Made by a program: the position numbers and the translations under genes | The notes under the pieces: model-generated | Database searches by the model: none | The model's input: the letters and a program-made list of their open reading frames with translations, nothing else | Told to the model about the DNA's origin: nothing | Origin: Trichormus sp. ATA11-4-KO1 | Lineage (GTDB): Bacteria; Cyanobacteriota; Cyanobacteriia; Cyanobacteriales; Nostocaceae | Length of the DNA: 64,000 bases | Direction of reading: 5' to 3' | NCBI GenBank assembly: GCA_019358915.1 | Contig: JAHHIM010000021.1 | Coordinates: forward strand, 13,214 to 77,213 | Shown: one piece after another, positions 1-11,343 of the stretch | Layout: every line of letters starts with the position of its first letter | Numbering within the stretch: the first letter of the stretch is position 1

Positions 1-101
1 TTATTCCCTGTTGTGTTTTGACTAATCTCTACCCCCCTTAATCCCACGCCACTTGCTACAAGTCGGGGAACCCGCCCAACGCAGTGGTTCCCCTTGCTAA
101 G

Positions 102-268
102 GCTACGGTGTACACACAAGTCTTAAAATCCCACCGGAAACTTGGTTTCGTTGCCCTAGCGCCAAAATTAGCGGAATAAATGGAGTTTCCAGTTGCCCAA
201 AATTAGGGTATTTATGGGGCTAAAAGAGTTGAAACCCTTGCGGCTTATACTTGTGTGTACACGGTAGC
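102..268. mobile_element. MITE-like element, about 167 bp, with 20-bp terminal inverted repeats
   Basis: GCTACGGTGTACACACAAGT (102-121) and ACTTGTGTGTACACGGTAGC (249-268) are inverted repeats matching at 19/20; no transposase ORF inside. Confidence 0.7.
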
Positions 269-294
269 TTTGCAAGGGGAGGGTTGGGGTGGGG

Positions 295-2987
295 TCAAAA
301 TTGCCACGAAATACTGCCTTGCACCGTAAACGGCTCACCAAAAGAGATGGTGTTTCGACTAAAGGCGCTTTCAAAATAATCGACATTAAACAGATTTCTA
401 AAATTGAGGGCAGCGCGAAACCGATCGCGTTTATAGAAAATGGCTGCATCTGTTCGCAGATAGCTAGGAAGTTCTACGCTGTTGGCTAAATCAACTTGTC
501 GCCCTCCCACATAGAATAATCCTAAACCAAAGCCTAATCTTTGGAAATTACCTTTTTGAATTTCATAAGTTGTCCACAGGTTGATGGCATTTTCTGGAAC
601 ACCATTCAACCGATTACCTATGGGGAACGTATTGTCTTCAGTGATCTGAGCATCGGTATAGGCATAGCCAGCAATAATGTTCCATCCCGGCAGAATTTCA
701 CCTTGAACACTCAGTTCAACGCCTCGGCTGCGCTGTTCCCCAGTTTGAATCGAAAATTGACCTGGGGGTACACCGGGTCTATTATCAGTCGTTGTGACAC
801 CAGTGCGGGTCAGGTCGTAGAAAGCCAGGGTTGTCGAAAATCGCTCATTCAAATCTGCCTTGACCCCAACTTCATACTGAGTGCCGCGCTCTGGTTGAAA
901 AACATCACCCTCAAAACTACGTCCAGTAACTGGGTTAAAGGAGCGACTGTAGCTGGTATAGAGAGAAATGGGTTGAATGGGCTGATAAACAATCCCCACA
1001 CGCGGACTGAAGGCATTGCCTGATTGGCTAGTTCTGGTATCTCTCAGAAAATCTTGATTACGCTGCTCAAACAGATCGAATCGCCCACCCAACAATAACT
1101 TGAGATTGTCTGCCAGCGTCACTTGGTCTTGAATATAAATCCCTAGAGTGTCTGTTACGTCTGCGCCATTAACAACGCGATTGAAAGCTCCATCAGCAAG
1201 CCGATCATATGTAGGGTTGAAAATGTCTAGGGGTACAGCAGGTGCGATCAAAATATTGTTTCTTTGATCAAATCTACCAAGATCAACGCCAAGAGCTAGC
1301 TGATGATGAATTGAACCTGTTGAAAATCTACCCGTTAAATTGACATTTAAGTCGTAAATATCTGTTCGAGGTTCTTCATCGATAAGTAAGCCATTTAACG
1401 TTCTATTGTCAGGATCGAGACCAGTACTAAGACGAGTTTCACCTGAATATACGCGATCAAAGAATCTCACCTGAAACGCATTTTGTAATGACCAGTTTTC
1501 ACTGAACTCATGCTCTAGGCGGTACCCCACTCTGCTTCTTTGGCTAGTGAGAACAAAATCAGGGTTTCCAACAAAACGATTGCGCGGGATGCGTCCATTA
1601 GGGTTGGGCAGCACTGTACCGACCGTTGGCAAGCCTAAAAAGTTAGATTCGTTTGTCTCTGTGTATTCACCTTCTAAGGTGAAGCGAGTGCGTTCCCCAA
1701 TTGCCACACTCACGACAGGCGCAATGGTGAATTGATCCCGCTCAACAAAATCAATAAAACTTCCTCTGTCTTGGTAGGATGCGTTCAGTCGGTACAAAAC
1801 TGTCCTCGAATCGTTTAATGGCCCCGATAAATCAATAGCACCTCGATAAAAGTCATAACTACCAATAGTGGCATCAATCGCATAGAAGGGATCGCGTAGT
1901 GGTTGTTTCGTTACCACGTTGATGGTTCCCCCGGAGCTGCTGAACCGTAAAGCACTGAAGCCGGGCCTTTGAACACTTCAATTCTTTCAACATCAGGGGT
2001 AGTTTCCGCATTCAAACCGCCAGCCTCTCTCAACCCATTCCTGAGAATGAAGTTGTTGGCAAAATTTGTGTCGAGGAAGCCTCGAATAATAAAGTTGCCA
2101 AGTTGCGTTGTTGAAGAATTGAATGGAGCTACCCCAGGAACATTTCTGAGGGCTTCGTTGTAGGTGGTGACATTTTGATCGCGCAATACTTCTTGGGGTA
2201 CAACTTGAATCGATTGGGGAATATCTCGCAATGGTGTATCTGTCCTCGTTGCTGTACTTGCATTCGGTACTCGATAGCTATCTTGTTCACCTGTCACAAC
2301 TAATTCAATCGGCTCATCCTGCTGCGCTGCTGGTTCATCTGGCGGTGCTTCACTCGTCGTCGGCTGTTCAACTTCAGGTTGCATTGCCGTTGTCGCAGGT
2401 GTCAGAGCAAAAATCAATCCTTCATCAATGTCAAATAACTCAACTGTTGGTAATCCTGTTTCACCAGCCACTGTCACCCGAATAGTATTGGCATTAAAAT
2501 TAGTAACAGTTATCTCAGTAATACCCTCAACTGGGTTTTGGGAACTGAATGTAAACGCATCACCACTGGGTAAACGCAGTTGAGCATTGGGAATATCTGC
2601 AATAAAGTTATTCTCAGCACTGCGATTAGTGATTTGCAGTTGTTCCCCTTGAGTTGTTTGTAAAATCACCTCCACACCTTTATCTGTGGGATTAGCTTGC
2701 ACCCCCGTCACTTCAATCACACCTTGCTGCTCAGGGGGGTTAGTTAGTGCTGGTGACTGCGCTAACATTCTGGCGCTAGTGCTGGGAGGCTCGATTTCAC
2801 TCAATCGAGGAATTCTCAAACCTGTTTTCTGTTGTGTCGTTGCAGATATAATTTGTCTCTGCTCTACATCTTGCTGGTGAGGTTTTTCCCCAGCCCATAC
2901 CGATGAAACCGCAATAATACTCAAATATCCCGAAAGACTGATTAAAAACGATAGACGAACACCAGCAGATAAACACAAACGCCTCAT
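295..2987 (-). pseudogene. TonB-dependent siderophore receptor (AMIN + plug + beta-barrel), split by a 1-nt frameshift near 1930
   Basis: ORF 1911-2987 has signal peptide, AMIN domain and plug (TATRTDTPLRDIPQSIQVV...ERIEVFKGPASVLYG); ORF 295-1917 continues (VTKQP...) to a C-terminal ISWQF; one extra G in the G5 run restores PGGTINVVTKQP. Confidence 0.85.
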
Positions 2988-3097
2988 AGTTCCTCACACA
3001 GCAATCAAAGCTTTTTGTCGCTAATTATTTTTGTTAGCTATGAGGTGTAGTGTAGAAAACTTGACTGTGGCGTGTCTATCCAAAAAATGCCATTTAT

Positions 3098-4099
3098 CTA
3101 GCCAAAAAACGCTTTTTCTCCTGCCAAGTATTGGCTGGGTGTGATGCCATACTGTCGTTTGAACGCTGCTGCAAAATGACTTAGGTGGCTATACCCCACT
3201 AGATTTGCCACCTCTGACACTTTATGATCGCCTTGACACAATAACCCTTGGGCATTCTTCAACCGTTGCTGTGTCAAATAGCCCACTACAGTTGTGTTAA
3301 ACAGTGCGGAAAAACCTCTCTGGAGAGTACGAACACTAACTCCCACTTGCTGCGCTAGTTCCGAAAGCAATGGCGGATGCTCAAGTTGTGTTGTCAAAAT
3401 TTCTTTAGCGTGGTAGATGCGGGCAATAGTGTCAGGTTTGAACCCTGGTAAGTCAAAAATTGGCTGTTGCTCTGCTGAAATCCAATCCAGGTGCATCGCC
3501 ACTAACTCAAATACCTTTGCCTGAAGATACATTCGCTTTGCAGTACCGCGATAGGGTGGATTCCACATTTGTTGAGCAAGCGATCGCATTGCTGGTGTCA
3601 CCTTGGGATAAAATGAGTTTTTCCAGTCTTCTCCCTTAAACAGCAATTTCTGGACATCAGAGCTATATTGCCCATCCTCCAGCAAAAACGAGTCTAGCAA
3701 TTCTGGCGAAATCTCTACATTCACACAAGTTAAACCCTCTCCAGCCCGATGCTTTTCAATGTAGCCAGGCGAAATTCCACTACCGGAAAAGTAGCTATGG
3801 GTTCCACCTAGATTAGGATGAGTATTTTCAAAGTAAAGCAAACCTGATAGAAAAATTGTGAACTGAATCGGATGGTTGTGGGCAGGCGTTTTTACCATCA
3901 AGTCCTGGTGATATTCATGATCTGAGAAGTTTAACCACACCCCAGGCGATAGGTTCATACTGAGATCGTAGCCCCGTCCCAGGATTTCCGGCACACCTTC
4001 CAGCCTCTCAAAGCTATCAAGTACGAGATTCTGCACCTGGGGTTGAGGAGCCTGTTGATACAGTTCATCAAAGTCTGATTGGCTGAGGATGAGTGTCAT
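3098..4099 (-). CDS. AraC-family transcriptional regulator (PchR-like) upstream of the TonB receptor
   Basis: C-terminal AraC HTH (LSELAQQVGVSVRTLQRGF...VSEVANLVGYSHLSHFAAAFKRQYGITP); ATG at 4099 preferred over TTG at 4120. Confidence 0.9.
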   Translation of the reverse strand: MTLILSQSDFDELYQQAPQPQVQNLVLDSFERLEGVPEILGRGYDLSMNLSPGVWLNFSDHEYHQDLMVKTPAHNHPIQFTIFLSGLLYFENTHPNLGGTHSYFSGSGISPGYIEKHRAGEGLTCVNVEISPELLDSFLLEDGQYSSDVQKLLFKGEDWKNSFYPKVTPAMRSLAQQMWNPPYRGTAKRMYLQAKVFELVAMHLDWISAEQQPIFDLPGFKPDTIARIYHAKEILTTQLEHPPLLSELAQQVGVSVRTLQRGFSALFNTTVVGYLTQQRLKNAQGLLCQGDHKVSEVANLVGYSHLSHFAAAFKRQYGITPSQYLAGEKAFFG

Positions 4100-4118
4100 G
4101 CTGGAGTGAGCTAAGTGC

Positions 4119-4137
4119 AATTTATTATCAATAAATT
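4119..4137. promoter_or_regulatory. AT-rich 8-3-8 palindrome, candidate Fur box
   Basis: AATTTATT-ATC-AATAAATT about 20 bp upstream of the AraC/TonB iron-uptake genes; contains TGATAAT on the minus strand. Confidence 0.45.
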
Positions 4138-4394
4138 TACCACTATAGCCCTGGAAGCAAAATACTAAGACAGATTTTAAAAATGCTCTTGGGGTGTAAC
4201 TGTTGGTTGATTCTTCATCTTACTCAGTGCTGAGTGCTGTAAAGCCCTGCGGGCATAGCTGCGCTTAGAGCGGTAGGCGATCGCATATCTGAATCATAGG
4301 TAGTTTACTTTGAGCAATATGGACGAGGTGGGTCGTAAAAAATAGTAGAGTAAAGAGTGCATCTAGTAGCGTTAGAATCTTGACTAAATCACCT

Positions 4395-5120
4395 GTGCGA
4401 AAAATAGTTATTGCCGGTAACTGGAAAATGTTCAAAACCCAGGCAGAAACCCAGGAGTTTTTACGAGGATTTCTGCCCCACTTGCAGGAAACGCCTGAAG
4501 GCAGAGAGGTTTTATTGTGCCCTCCCTTCACTAACTTAAACGTTTTATCCAAGAGTTTGCATGGCAGCCGCATACAACTGGGGGCACAAAATGTCCACTG
4601 GGAAGAAAAAGGAGCCTACACGGGTGAAATTTCTGCCCCTATGCTGACGGAAAGTGGTGTCCGTTTTGTGATTGTCGGTCATAGCGAACGACGGCAATAT
4701 TTTTGTGAAACGGACACCACTGTTAATCTGCGCCTGAAAGCTGCTCAACAATATGGATTAACACCAATTCTCTGCGTTGGCGAAACTAAGCAACAAAGAA
4801 ATGCTGGGGAAACTGAATCACTGATTAGCACCCAATTGGAGAAAGGCTTAGTGGGTGTCTCTCAAGAGAATTTGGTGATTGCCTACGAGCCGATTTGGGC
4901 AATTGGGACTGGTGACACTTGCGAAGCAACGGAGGCTAACCGGGTAATTGGCTTAATTCGTAGCCAGTTGAGTAATCCTCATGTGCCGATTCAATACGGC
5001 GGCTCAGTAAAGCCAGATAATATTGATGAGATTATGGCTCAACCAGAAATTGATGGTGTGCTTGTAGGCGGAGCGAGTCTAGAACCTGCAAGTTTCGCTC
5101 GGATTGTCAACTACAAGTAA
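4395..5120 (+). CDS. tpiA: triose-phosphate isomerase
   Basis: [28 protein letters not shown] and LVGGASL motifs; GTG start at 4395 likely. Confidence 0.97.
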   Translation: MRKIVIAGNWKMFKTQAETQEFLRGFLPHLQETPEGREVLLCPPFTNLNVLSKSLHGSRIQLGAQNVHWEEKGAYTGEISAPMLTESGVRFVIVGHSERRQYFCETDTTVNLRLKAAQQYGLTPILCVGETKQQRNAGETESLISTQLEKGLVGVSQENLVIAYEPIWAIGTGDTCEATEANRVIGLIRSQLSNPHVPIQYGGSVKPDNIDEIMAQPEIDGVLVGGASLEPASFARIVNYK

Positions 5121-5179
5121 TTTCATGTGTGGCGCTTTTTCCCTGGCAGAGCCGGGGAATGCGTGTATTAAGACTGATT

Positions 5180-6022
5180 ATGTCAAGCAAGTTATTAATT
5201 CGCGATCGCTGTTTCGAGTGGGGACAGCGAACTTATCTCATGGGTGTTTTAAATGTCACACCTGATAGCTTTAGTGATGGTGGCGTGTTTAATACAACTG
5301 CTGCGGCTTTAGCACAGGCGCAAACAATGGTGGCTGCTGGTGCTGACATGATTGATGTCGGTGGTCAATCAACTCGGCCGGGAGCGGAGCAAATAACTCT
5401 GGCAGAAGAATTGGAACGAGTAATACCAATATTGCAAGTGCTACGACCAGAAATTGCCATACCGATTTCCGTAGATACTACTAGGGCTACTGTAGCAAAA
5501 GCATCTGTTGAAGCTGGGGCAGATATAATTAATGATGTCTCTGGTGGTACGTTTGACTCGGAAATGTTGCCCACAGTAGCAAGTTTAGATGTACCGATTG
5601 TATTAATGCACATCCGGGGTACACCGCAGACGATGCAACAAATGACTGATTATCAGGATTTAATGGGAGAGATTTCTAGTTTTTTAGCAGCACAAATTGC
5701 AGCCGCAACTGCTGCGGGTATTGACCAAAAGAAAATTATTATTGACCCTGGTATAGGTTTTGCGAAAAACTATGAGCAAAATTTAGAAATTTTTCGCCGC
5801 TTGCGTTCATTGAAAACACTAAACTGTCCTATTTTAGTAGGCGCATCCCGTAAAAGTTTCATTGGTCGCATTCTAGATCAAGCAGATCCAAAAGCACGAG
5901 TTTGGGGAACAGCAGCAGCGTGTTGTGCTGCTATTTTTAATGGTGCTGATATCCTGCGAGTTCACGATGTTCAAGAAATGCGAGATGTTTCATTGGTAGC
6001 TGATGCACTGTTGCGACTATAG
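5180..6022 (+). CDS. folP: dihydropteroate synthase
   Basis: MGVLNVTPDSFSDGG, DVGGQSTRPGA, DPGIGFAK, SRKSF and RVHDV motifs. Confidence 0.96.
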   Translation: MSSKLLIRDRCFEWGQRTYLMGVLNVTPDSFSDGGVFNTTAAALAQAQTMVAAGADMIDVGGQSTRPGAEQITLAEELERVIPILQVLRPEIAIPISVDTTRATVAKASVEAGADIINDVSGGTFDSEMLPTVASLDVPIVLMHIRGTPQTMQQMTDYQDLMGEISSFLAAQIAAATAAGIDQKKIIIDPGIGFAKNYEQNLEIFRRLRSLKTLNCPILVGASRKSFIGRILDQADPKARVWGTAAACCAAIFNGADILRVHDVQEMRDVSLVADALLRL

Positions 6023-6119
6023 CAGGGGACAGAGAACAGGGGATAGACTTTCAAATCTCTTGATGTCTGGGTTTTGTAATTAGTTTATGTCCTTAGCTAC
6101 GTGGCAACTGCTATAAAAA

Positions 6120-6962
6120 TTAAATATTGCCGTTTTCAGAGTTTCTACCATGACCTTCTTGCACGATCGCATCAGCAATTAACTGGTTATATACTTCATT
6201 AGTTTTGCTGGGGTCTACAAACACAATTTTGGCATTATTACTCTCACCGAGCTTTTGGCTAGCCTCCACATAATCTTGAGCCACGAGATACCGGAGAATT
6301 TCCCGGCTTTCAGGATGGGAGCGTAAGGCTTCAGCAATGATCTGCATTGAAGTTTGAGTTCCTTGCGCTCTCTTAATGGCGGCGTCACGTTCTCCTTCTG
6401 CTTCAAACGCCAGCGCCCGTTTTTTGATTTCGGCGGCTCGCTCTTCTTCCATTGACTTGCGTACACTCTCCGGTGGTGTAATGCTCTGAATATCTAACCG
6501 GATCATCTGCACTCCCCAATCTTCTGTTGTTTCATTCAACTGATTTAAGATGGCTTGGTCCATCTCAGATCGGGAGACATTAGTTTGTTCCACAGTGTTC
6601 TGAGCAATGATTTCTCGGAGCGTGGTTGTCGCTAGCTGTGTCAGAGAGCCTTGGAGATCGTCGATTTCGTAAAAACTTTTGACCATATCTCTGATACGCC
6701 AAAACAGAACAGCATCAACTTCTAGATAAATGTTATCTCTGGTGATTACATTCTGAGGTTTGATGTCTATAAACTGCTCTCGGATTGTATCTTCCATGAC
6801 AATTTGATCAACCAGGGGAACAATAAAGTTGAGTCCAGGCCCAAGTTTCCGATGATACCGCCCCAATCGCTCAACTAAAGCTTCGTTACCTTGATTAATT
6901 AATTTGGCAGATCCTAAGGCATAGCCTATCAGCGCTAAGACTATGGCAATAATTGGCTCCAT
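6120..6962 (-). CDS. SPFH/band 7 (stomatin/paraslipin-like) membrane protein
   Basis: N-terminal TM, LVERLGRY..LGPGLNFIVP, QNVITRDN, WGVQMIRLDIQSITPP, coiled coil. Confidence 0.9.
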   Translation of the reverse strand: MEPIIAIVLALIGYALGSAKLINQGNEALVERLGRYHRKLGPGLNFIVPLVDQIVMEDTIREQFIDIKPQNVITRDNIYLEVDAVLFWRIRDMVKSFYEIDDLQGSLTQLATTTLREIIAQNTVEQTNVSRSEMDQAILNQLNETTEDWGVQMIRLDIQSITPPESVRKSMEEERAAEIKKRALAFEAEGERDAAIKRAQGTQTSMQIIAEALRSHPESREILRYLVAQDYVEASQKLGESNNAKIVFVDPSKTNEVYNQLIADAIVQEGHGRNSENGNI

Positions 6963-7236
6963 ATATGCTCCTATTCAGCTTTTGGGCGAATTTTAGTTTA
7001 AAGGACATGGTACTACCATAGTCCTAAGTTTAAGTCTAATGTTTTGCATCTGTAATTTTATGAACATGACTTCAGTATTTAATGACAAGTCGCAGCAAAT
7101 CTTGTAGGTCTTGTACATGCAGGATAATTTGGCAGAATGCGATCGCTATTAAAGCACCTTGATCACACGCTGGCAAGGAGGAGTTAGGTAGTAAAATTTA
7201 CGTTAATGGGGAATGGGGAGTGGGGAGTAAGTATGA

Positions 7237-8880
7237 TCACTTCACTACAAAACCTAACCAGGGTTTAATGTTTCCTGGTAAATCAGTACTAAAGCGTAGG
7301 GGGAGTTCTGCTGTCGAGAAGGATTGGGCGTAAGTGGGTGTGAGGAATTGTTGATAAATCTGGGCTTGTGGTGTGTCTTGTTTAATAAACGCTAAAGTGA
7401 CACCACGAATTAGCTGGCGTAAGGAATTGGTTTCTGCGCCTCGCTTTTCTCTGACGATCGCAGTTGCTGCACTCACCGGATATGCTGGATCGGTAATACT
7501 CAAGTGAGTTGCACCAATAGCGGTTAACAAATACTTAGAACCTCGCAGTTGCTGAAAAGGTCGGATTTGATGGTTTAAGGCTGGAGTGAGAGCGTCTTCG
7601 GTTCCCGTTAAGATGAAAACTGGTTTGGTAATTTTACTGATACCATTCGTACCAAATAGTCTACCAACAAGCGGATTGAGAGCGATCGCACTCTTAACTC
7701 GTTTATCTTGCAACTGTGGTTTGCTCTCTTTTAAAGTCGCCGCCGCACATTGCAACCAATCACCGGGAGATTCACCAAAGGACAAAGAAGTTTTACAGAA
7801 TTCTCGCAATTCTTTTAAATCTACTTCTCCACCAACTAAGGCTAAAGCTGTATAACCTCCCAAGGAGTGACCGATGACATTTACTTTCTCGGTGTTGAGC
7901 TTTCCTTGAAGTTGTCCCGGTTGGGTATTGAGTCTTTCTAGTTCATTGAGTAAAAAGCTGACATCTTTTGGTCGTTCAATAAATTCACTAGCTGGTAGTA
8001 GTTGCGCCAAGTTTACTTGATTGGCAGTGTTATTAATCGCAACAGAGTTACTACCAGGATGTTCAATGGCTGCAACAGCGACTCCGTGGGAAGCTAAATG
8101 ACGCGCTAAATAGCTAAAAAATCGGCGGTTGGCTCCAAAGCCGTGGGAAATTACCACCAGTGGTGCTTGAGTGTCACTTTGACTCCAATAAATGTCTACA
8201 GGAATGCGGCGATTTCGTTGTCTGTCTTGTAGAGTTAGAGTTTGCTGTTGAACTGTGTTTTGTCCTGGGGCGGTTGGGTCAAAACTTGGCTGAAAAGGTG
8301 TATTGTTTTTTACTAATAATTCTCGTTCTAGTAAAACCCCAAGGGCTTGACTTTGCAAGTTGTTGGCATTAAATTCTAATGCGATTTGTAGTGCTTGAGT
8401 TGCGTCTACGGTAATATTTTCTTCTGGGTAGGCGCGCAAAAAACCAATGGCACTTAAACCGTTGACTTGACGTAGAGAGAGGTTAAGTGCTGCTTGGAGG
8501 CTTTCTATGGTACTACCTGGTATTGCTGCGCCCAAGGAAGCAATTAATTGTTTGCCTTGTGGCGATCGCACTAGTTCAGCGACGAATTTATCTGCAAAAG
8601 CTGGGTCTACTTGCAACCTGCGATTCAGTAATTCTTGTAATTGAGGCGTTAATAAAGCACTAAAAATTTGTAAGTGTTCTGGCAGTTTCCCGGTTTTGGC
8701 AAAGTTTTCGATATCGGCGATCGCCAGTGACTGTTGAAATGGGCCTAAGTTAATGGTAACTGTTTCTGCTGCTGTGGTAGCAGGAATACCCATACCCCAA
8801 CTCACAGCCAAGGTTAAGCTGCACAGTAATCCTTTGAGGAAGGATGTTTGAGGTCGATTTTTACCAAACCAAAAGTACAT
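7237..8880 (-). CDS. alpha/beta hydrolase with cyanobacterial DUF1400-like N-terminus
   Basis: Signal peptide, AAETV N-terminal domain, SHGFG, GHSLGG nucleophile elbow. Confidence 0.88.
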   Translation of the reverse strand: MYFWFGKNRPQTSFLKGLLCSLTLAVSWGMGIPATTAAETVTINLGPFQQSLAIADIENFAKTGKLPEHLQIFSALLTPQLQELLNRRLQVDPAFADKFVAELVRSPQGKQLIASLGAAIPGSTIESLQAALNLSLRQVNGLSAIGFLRAYPEENITVDATQALQIALEFNANNLQSQALGVLLERELLVKNNTPFQPSFDPTAPGQNTVQQQTLTLQDRQRNRRIPVDIYWSQSDTQAPLVVISHGFGANRRFFSYLARHLASHGVAVAAIEHPGSNSVAINNTANQVNLAQLLPASEFIERPKDVSFLLNELERLNTQPGQLQGKLNTEKVNVIGHSLGGYTALALVGGEVDLKELREFCKTSLSFGESPGDWLQCAAATLKESKPQLQDKRVKSAIALNPLVGRLFGTNGISKITKPVFILTGTEDALTPALNHQIRPFQQLRGSKYLLTAIGATHLSITDPAYPVSAATAIVREKRGAETNSLRQLIRGVTLAFIKQDTPQAQIYQQFLTPTYAQSFSTAELPLRFSTDLPGNIKPWLGFVVK

Positions 8881-8924
8881 ACAAACGAGTATTTAAAAGG
8901 TAGCTCAATGCATTGACTACCATT

Positions 8925-8974
8925 ATGGGTTTGAAGTTGCGATCGCTAGTTAGTCTCCGCAACTTCAAACTCAT
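8925..8974. terminator. stem-loop between the wza-like gene and the hydrolase gene
   Basis: ATGGGTTTGAAGTTGCG ... CGCAACTTCAAACTCAT, 17-bp near-perfect inverted repeat. Confidence 0.55.
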
Positions 8975-8986
8975 GACAAACGACCT

Positions 8987-10528
8987 CTAAAACAGACCAA
9001 ATAAAGCCCTGAACACTCCCAATAAACCGCCCAGGGGATTAACTACTGTACCCACACTATCACCAACTGAGGCTAAACCAGAACGGTTAACAATGACAAC
9101 ATCATTATTGCGGAGTATGGGATTAGTCTCTTCATTAATTCCTTGGGAGAAATTAACCTTGACTTCTCGCTTAGTCACAGAACCATTGGGGTTCAGACGA
9201 ACTAAATCTACAGTGGTTGTTCTAGCTCTAGCATCGTTGAAGCCGCCAGCCGCCAGCAATGCTTGATTCAAAGAGCTATTGGGCCTGATTTCTACGGCTC
9301 CTGGTCTTTTGACTTCGCCCACCACACCAACTTGAATTGTTGCTGGAGACAAAGTAGTACTAGCTAATTGAGTGGCTTCTGCTGGGTTGACCTCCGTAGC
9401 AGTCGGAATAATAATGGTATCGCCGTCCTGCACAATTATGTCTTGGTCGATATCACCACTCTGTAATAATCGCCAGAGGTCAATATCTATGTTTTGTTCT
9501 GAACCGGTTCTTGTCGGTCGGCGGAGCTTGAGATTACGAACATCCGCTTGTGATGTAATTCCCCCAGCTAATTGCAGGGCGCGCATGACAGTGGGTAAAC
9601 CACCAGTTGTTGTTGTTGTTGTTGCACCATCCTGTCCACCGCCGCCACCAGGGCCGACTAGATATGAGCCGGGACGATTAACTTCACCAATAATTGCCAC
9701 AGTGCGAGGTGTGGTAGAGCTAGCAGCAAAGTTAGCGGCAAACAGATTGCGTGCTTCTGCTACGTTGAAGTTAGTTGCAGTTGGCACAACAATGGTGTCA
9801 CCATCGCGTAGGGTAATATCCTGGTCTATGTTCCCTGTTTGAATCAGGTCTTTTAAATTAAGAGTAACAACTTGCTCAGAAGTGCGTCCTATCTTACGTT
9901 TTAATTGCACTTGAGTGACATCGGCGGCTAAAGTTACGCCCTGGGCTGTGGTGAGTGCAGCTAATACAGTTGGGTATTGTACCCCTGGATTGTTACCCGC
10001 GCCTCCTTGCAAATTCAAAGTGTAAGCTCCTGGGCGTGTAACTTCTCCAGCCACCAAAATATTTATAGGACGAGGTGATAACAGGTTGACTGAAATTAAA
10101 GGACGCTTGAGAAAGCGAGCGTACCTTCTGGCAATTTCATCAGCAGCTTGTTCGGTTGTTAGTCCCAGAACAGGTACACTGCCAATTAAAGGTAAGTTGA
10201 TAGATCCACCTGGAGGAATTTGATATTCACCTGTATATTCAGGTACTTCAAATACATTTACACGAATGAGATCACCGCCTCCTAAAGAGTAATTAGTATC
10301 TATTGGTATAGTAGGTGATGCTTGTTGTGTACTGGGTATTATGGGCTGTGTATTTGGTGTTCCTGGTTGTATCGTTTGTGGTACTAATTGTCCCTGAGCT
10401 AGGCTGGCAGACGGTGCTGCAACATTGACAGCCGTTAACAAAGCCACACCCATAATTGGCTGGGTGAGGAATTTCAGCAAACCTGTGTTAAGCATATTTA
10501 CCTGAGACTCTGAGACTGTGATCGCCAT
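8987..10528 (-). CDS. polysaccharide export protein (Wza/KpsD family, Poly_export + SLBB repeats)
   Basis: YSLGGGDLIRVNVF, GSINLPLIG, repeated GEV.RPG and ..QDGDTI.IP SLBB motifs. Confidence 0.92.
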   Translation of the reverse strand: MAITVSESQVNMLNTGLLKFLTQPIMGVALLTAVNVAAPSASLAQGQLVPQTIQPGTPNTQPIIPSTQQASPTIPIDTNYSLGGGDLIRVNVFEVPEYTGEYQIPPGGSINLPLIGSVPVLGLTTEQAADEIARRYARFLKRPLISVNLLSPRPINILVAGEVTRPGAYTLNLQGGAGNNPGVQYPTVLAALTTAQGVTLAADVTQVQLKRKIGRTSEQVVTLNLKDLIQTGNIDQDITLRDGDTIVVPTATNFNVAEARNLFAANFAASSTTPRTVAIIGEVNRPGSYLVGPGGGGGQDGATTTTTTGGLPTVMRALQLAGGITSQADVRNLKLRRPTRTGSEQNIDIDLWRLLQSGDIDQDIIVQDGDTIIIPTATEVNPAEATQLASTTLSPATIQVGVVGEVKRPGAVEIRPNSSLNQALLAAGGFNDARARTTTVDLVRLNPNGSVTKREVKVNFSQGINEETNPILRNNDVVIVNRSGLASVGDSVGTVVNPLGGLLGVFRALFGLF

Positions 10529-10787
10529 AGTACTTTTTAAACATCTTGATATGACTATATTTAATTATTCAAGTTCCCCAATTCAAGTTACCCAACATTC
10601 TTATTTTCCTAGAAAAGTGTCATTTTCCGGAGAGATATTATTGATTAACTTTAAATTTTTAGTAAAGTTAGCTTAAAGTTAAACTAAATTGTATGACAAG
10701 ATATTTATCAATCAAATTCTGGTATAAATTAGCTTCTTTTTTGCTTATATTGTAGCGAAATAATAGTAGCAAAAATTACTATTTTAT

Positions 10788-11324
10788 TCACGGATGAAAA
10801 TCAAAACTTAGTGCGGATCTGTATTCTATTTGATACACATCCATTTTGATACCATGAAACATAGTTTCTCTTGTATATTGCATACCTAACTTTTCCAGAA
10901 CTCTCATCGATGCTATGTTAGCTCGTTCAACAATACCAAGAATGTATGCAAAATTGAATCGTTCAAATCCATATTGCAGAGTAGCTGATGCTGCCTCTGT
11001 TGCTAAATTTTGACCCCAAAACTTTGGACTTAGACGATATCTGATTTCAATTTCGTCTTTTTGATCAATTTGCTCTACTGCTATTCCGCAATATCCAATT
11101 AACTCGTTATTTTCCTTCAAGAAAACAGCCAATTTTCCAAAACCATACTTTGCATAGGACACAATGAAGCTCTCAATTTTTTCTTGAGTTTCCGAGCTTG
11201 AAAGTATACCCGTTCGAGAAAATTTCATCACTTGTGGGTCAGCAAGTATGGATGCAAGTTGCTGAAAATCTTCTCGTCTAAATTCTCTAAGAATAAGTCG
11301 CGGTGTTTCGAGGTAGGTCGGCAT
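10788..11324 (-). CDS. GNAT N-acetyltransferase (RimJ/RimL family)
   Basis: LETPRLILR, FWGQNLATEA, NIASMRVLEKLGM; true start ATG at 11324, the longer ORF extends into repeat DNA. Confidence 0.9.
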   Translation of the reverse strand: MPTYLETPRLILREFRREDFQQLASILADPQVMKFSRTGILSSSETQEKIESFIVSYAKYGFGKLAVFLKENNELIGYCGIAVEQIDQKDEIEIRYRLSPKFWGQNLATEAASATLQYGFERFNFAYILGIVERANIASMRVLEKLGMQYTRETMFHGIKMDVYQIEYRSALSFDFHP

Positions 11325-11343
11325 AATTAACGAAGGAAGAGGG

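Noticed and set aside
9372..9842. 156-aa antisense ORF within the wza-like gene, and similar antisense ORFs elsewhere
   Set aside because: Fully overlaps a well-supported gene on the opposite strand and has no motif
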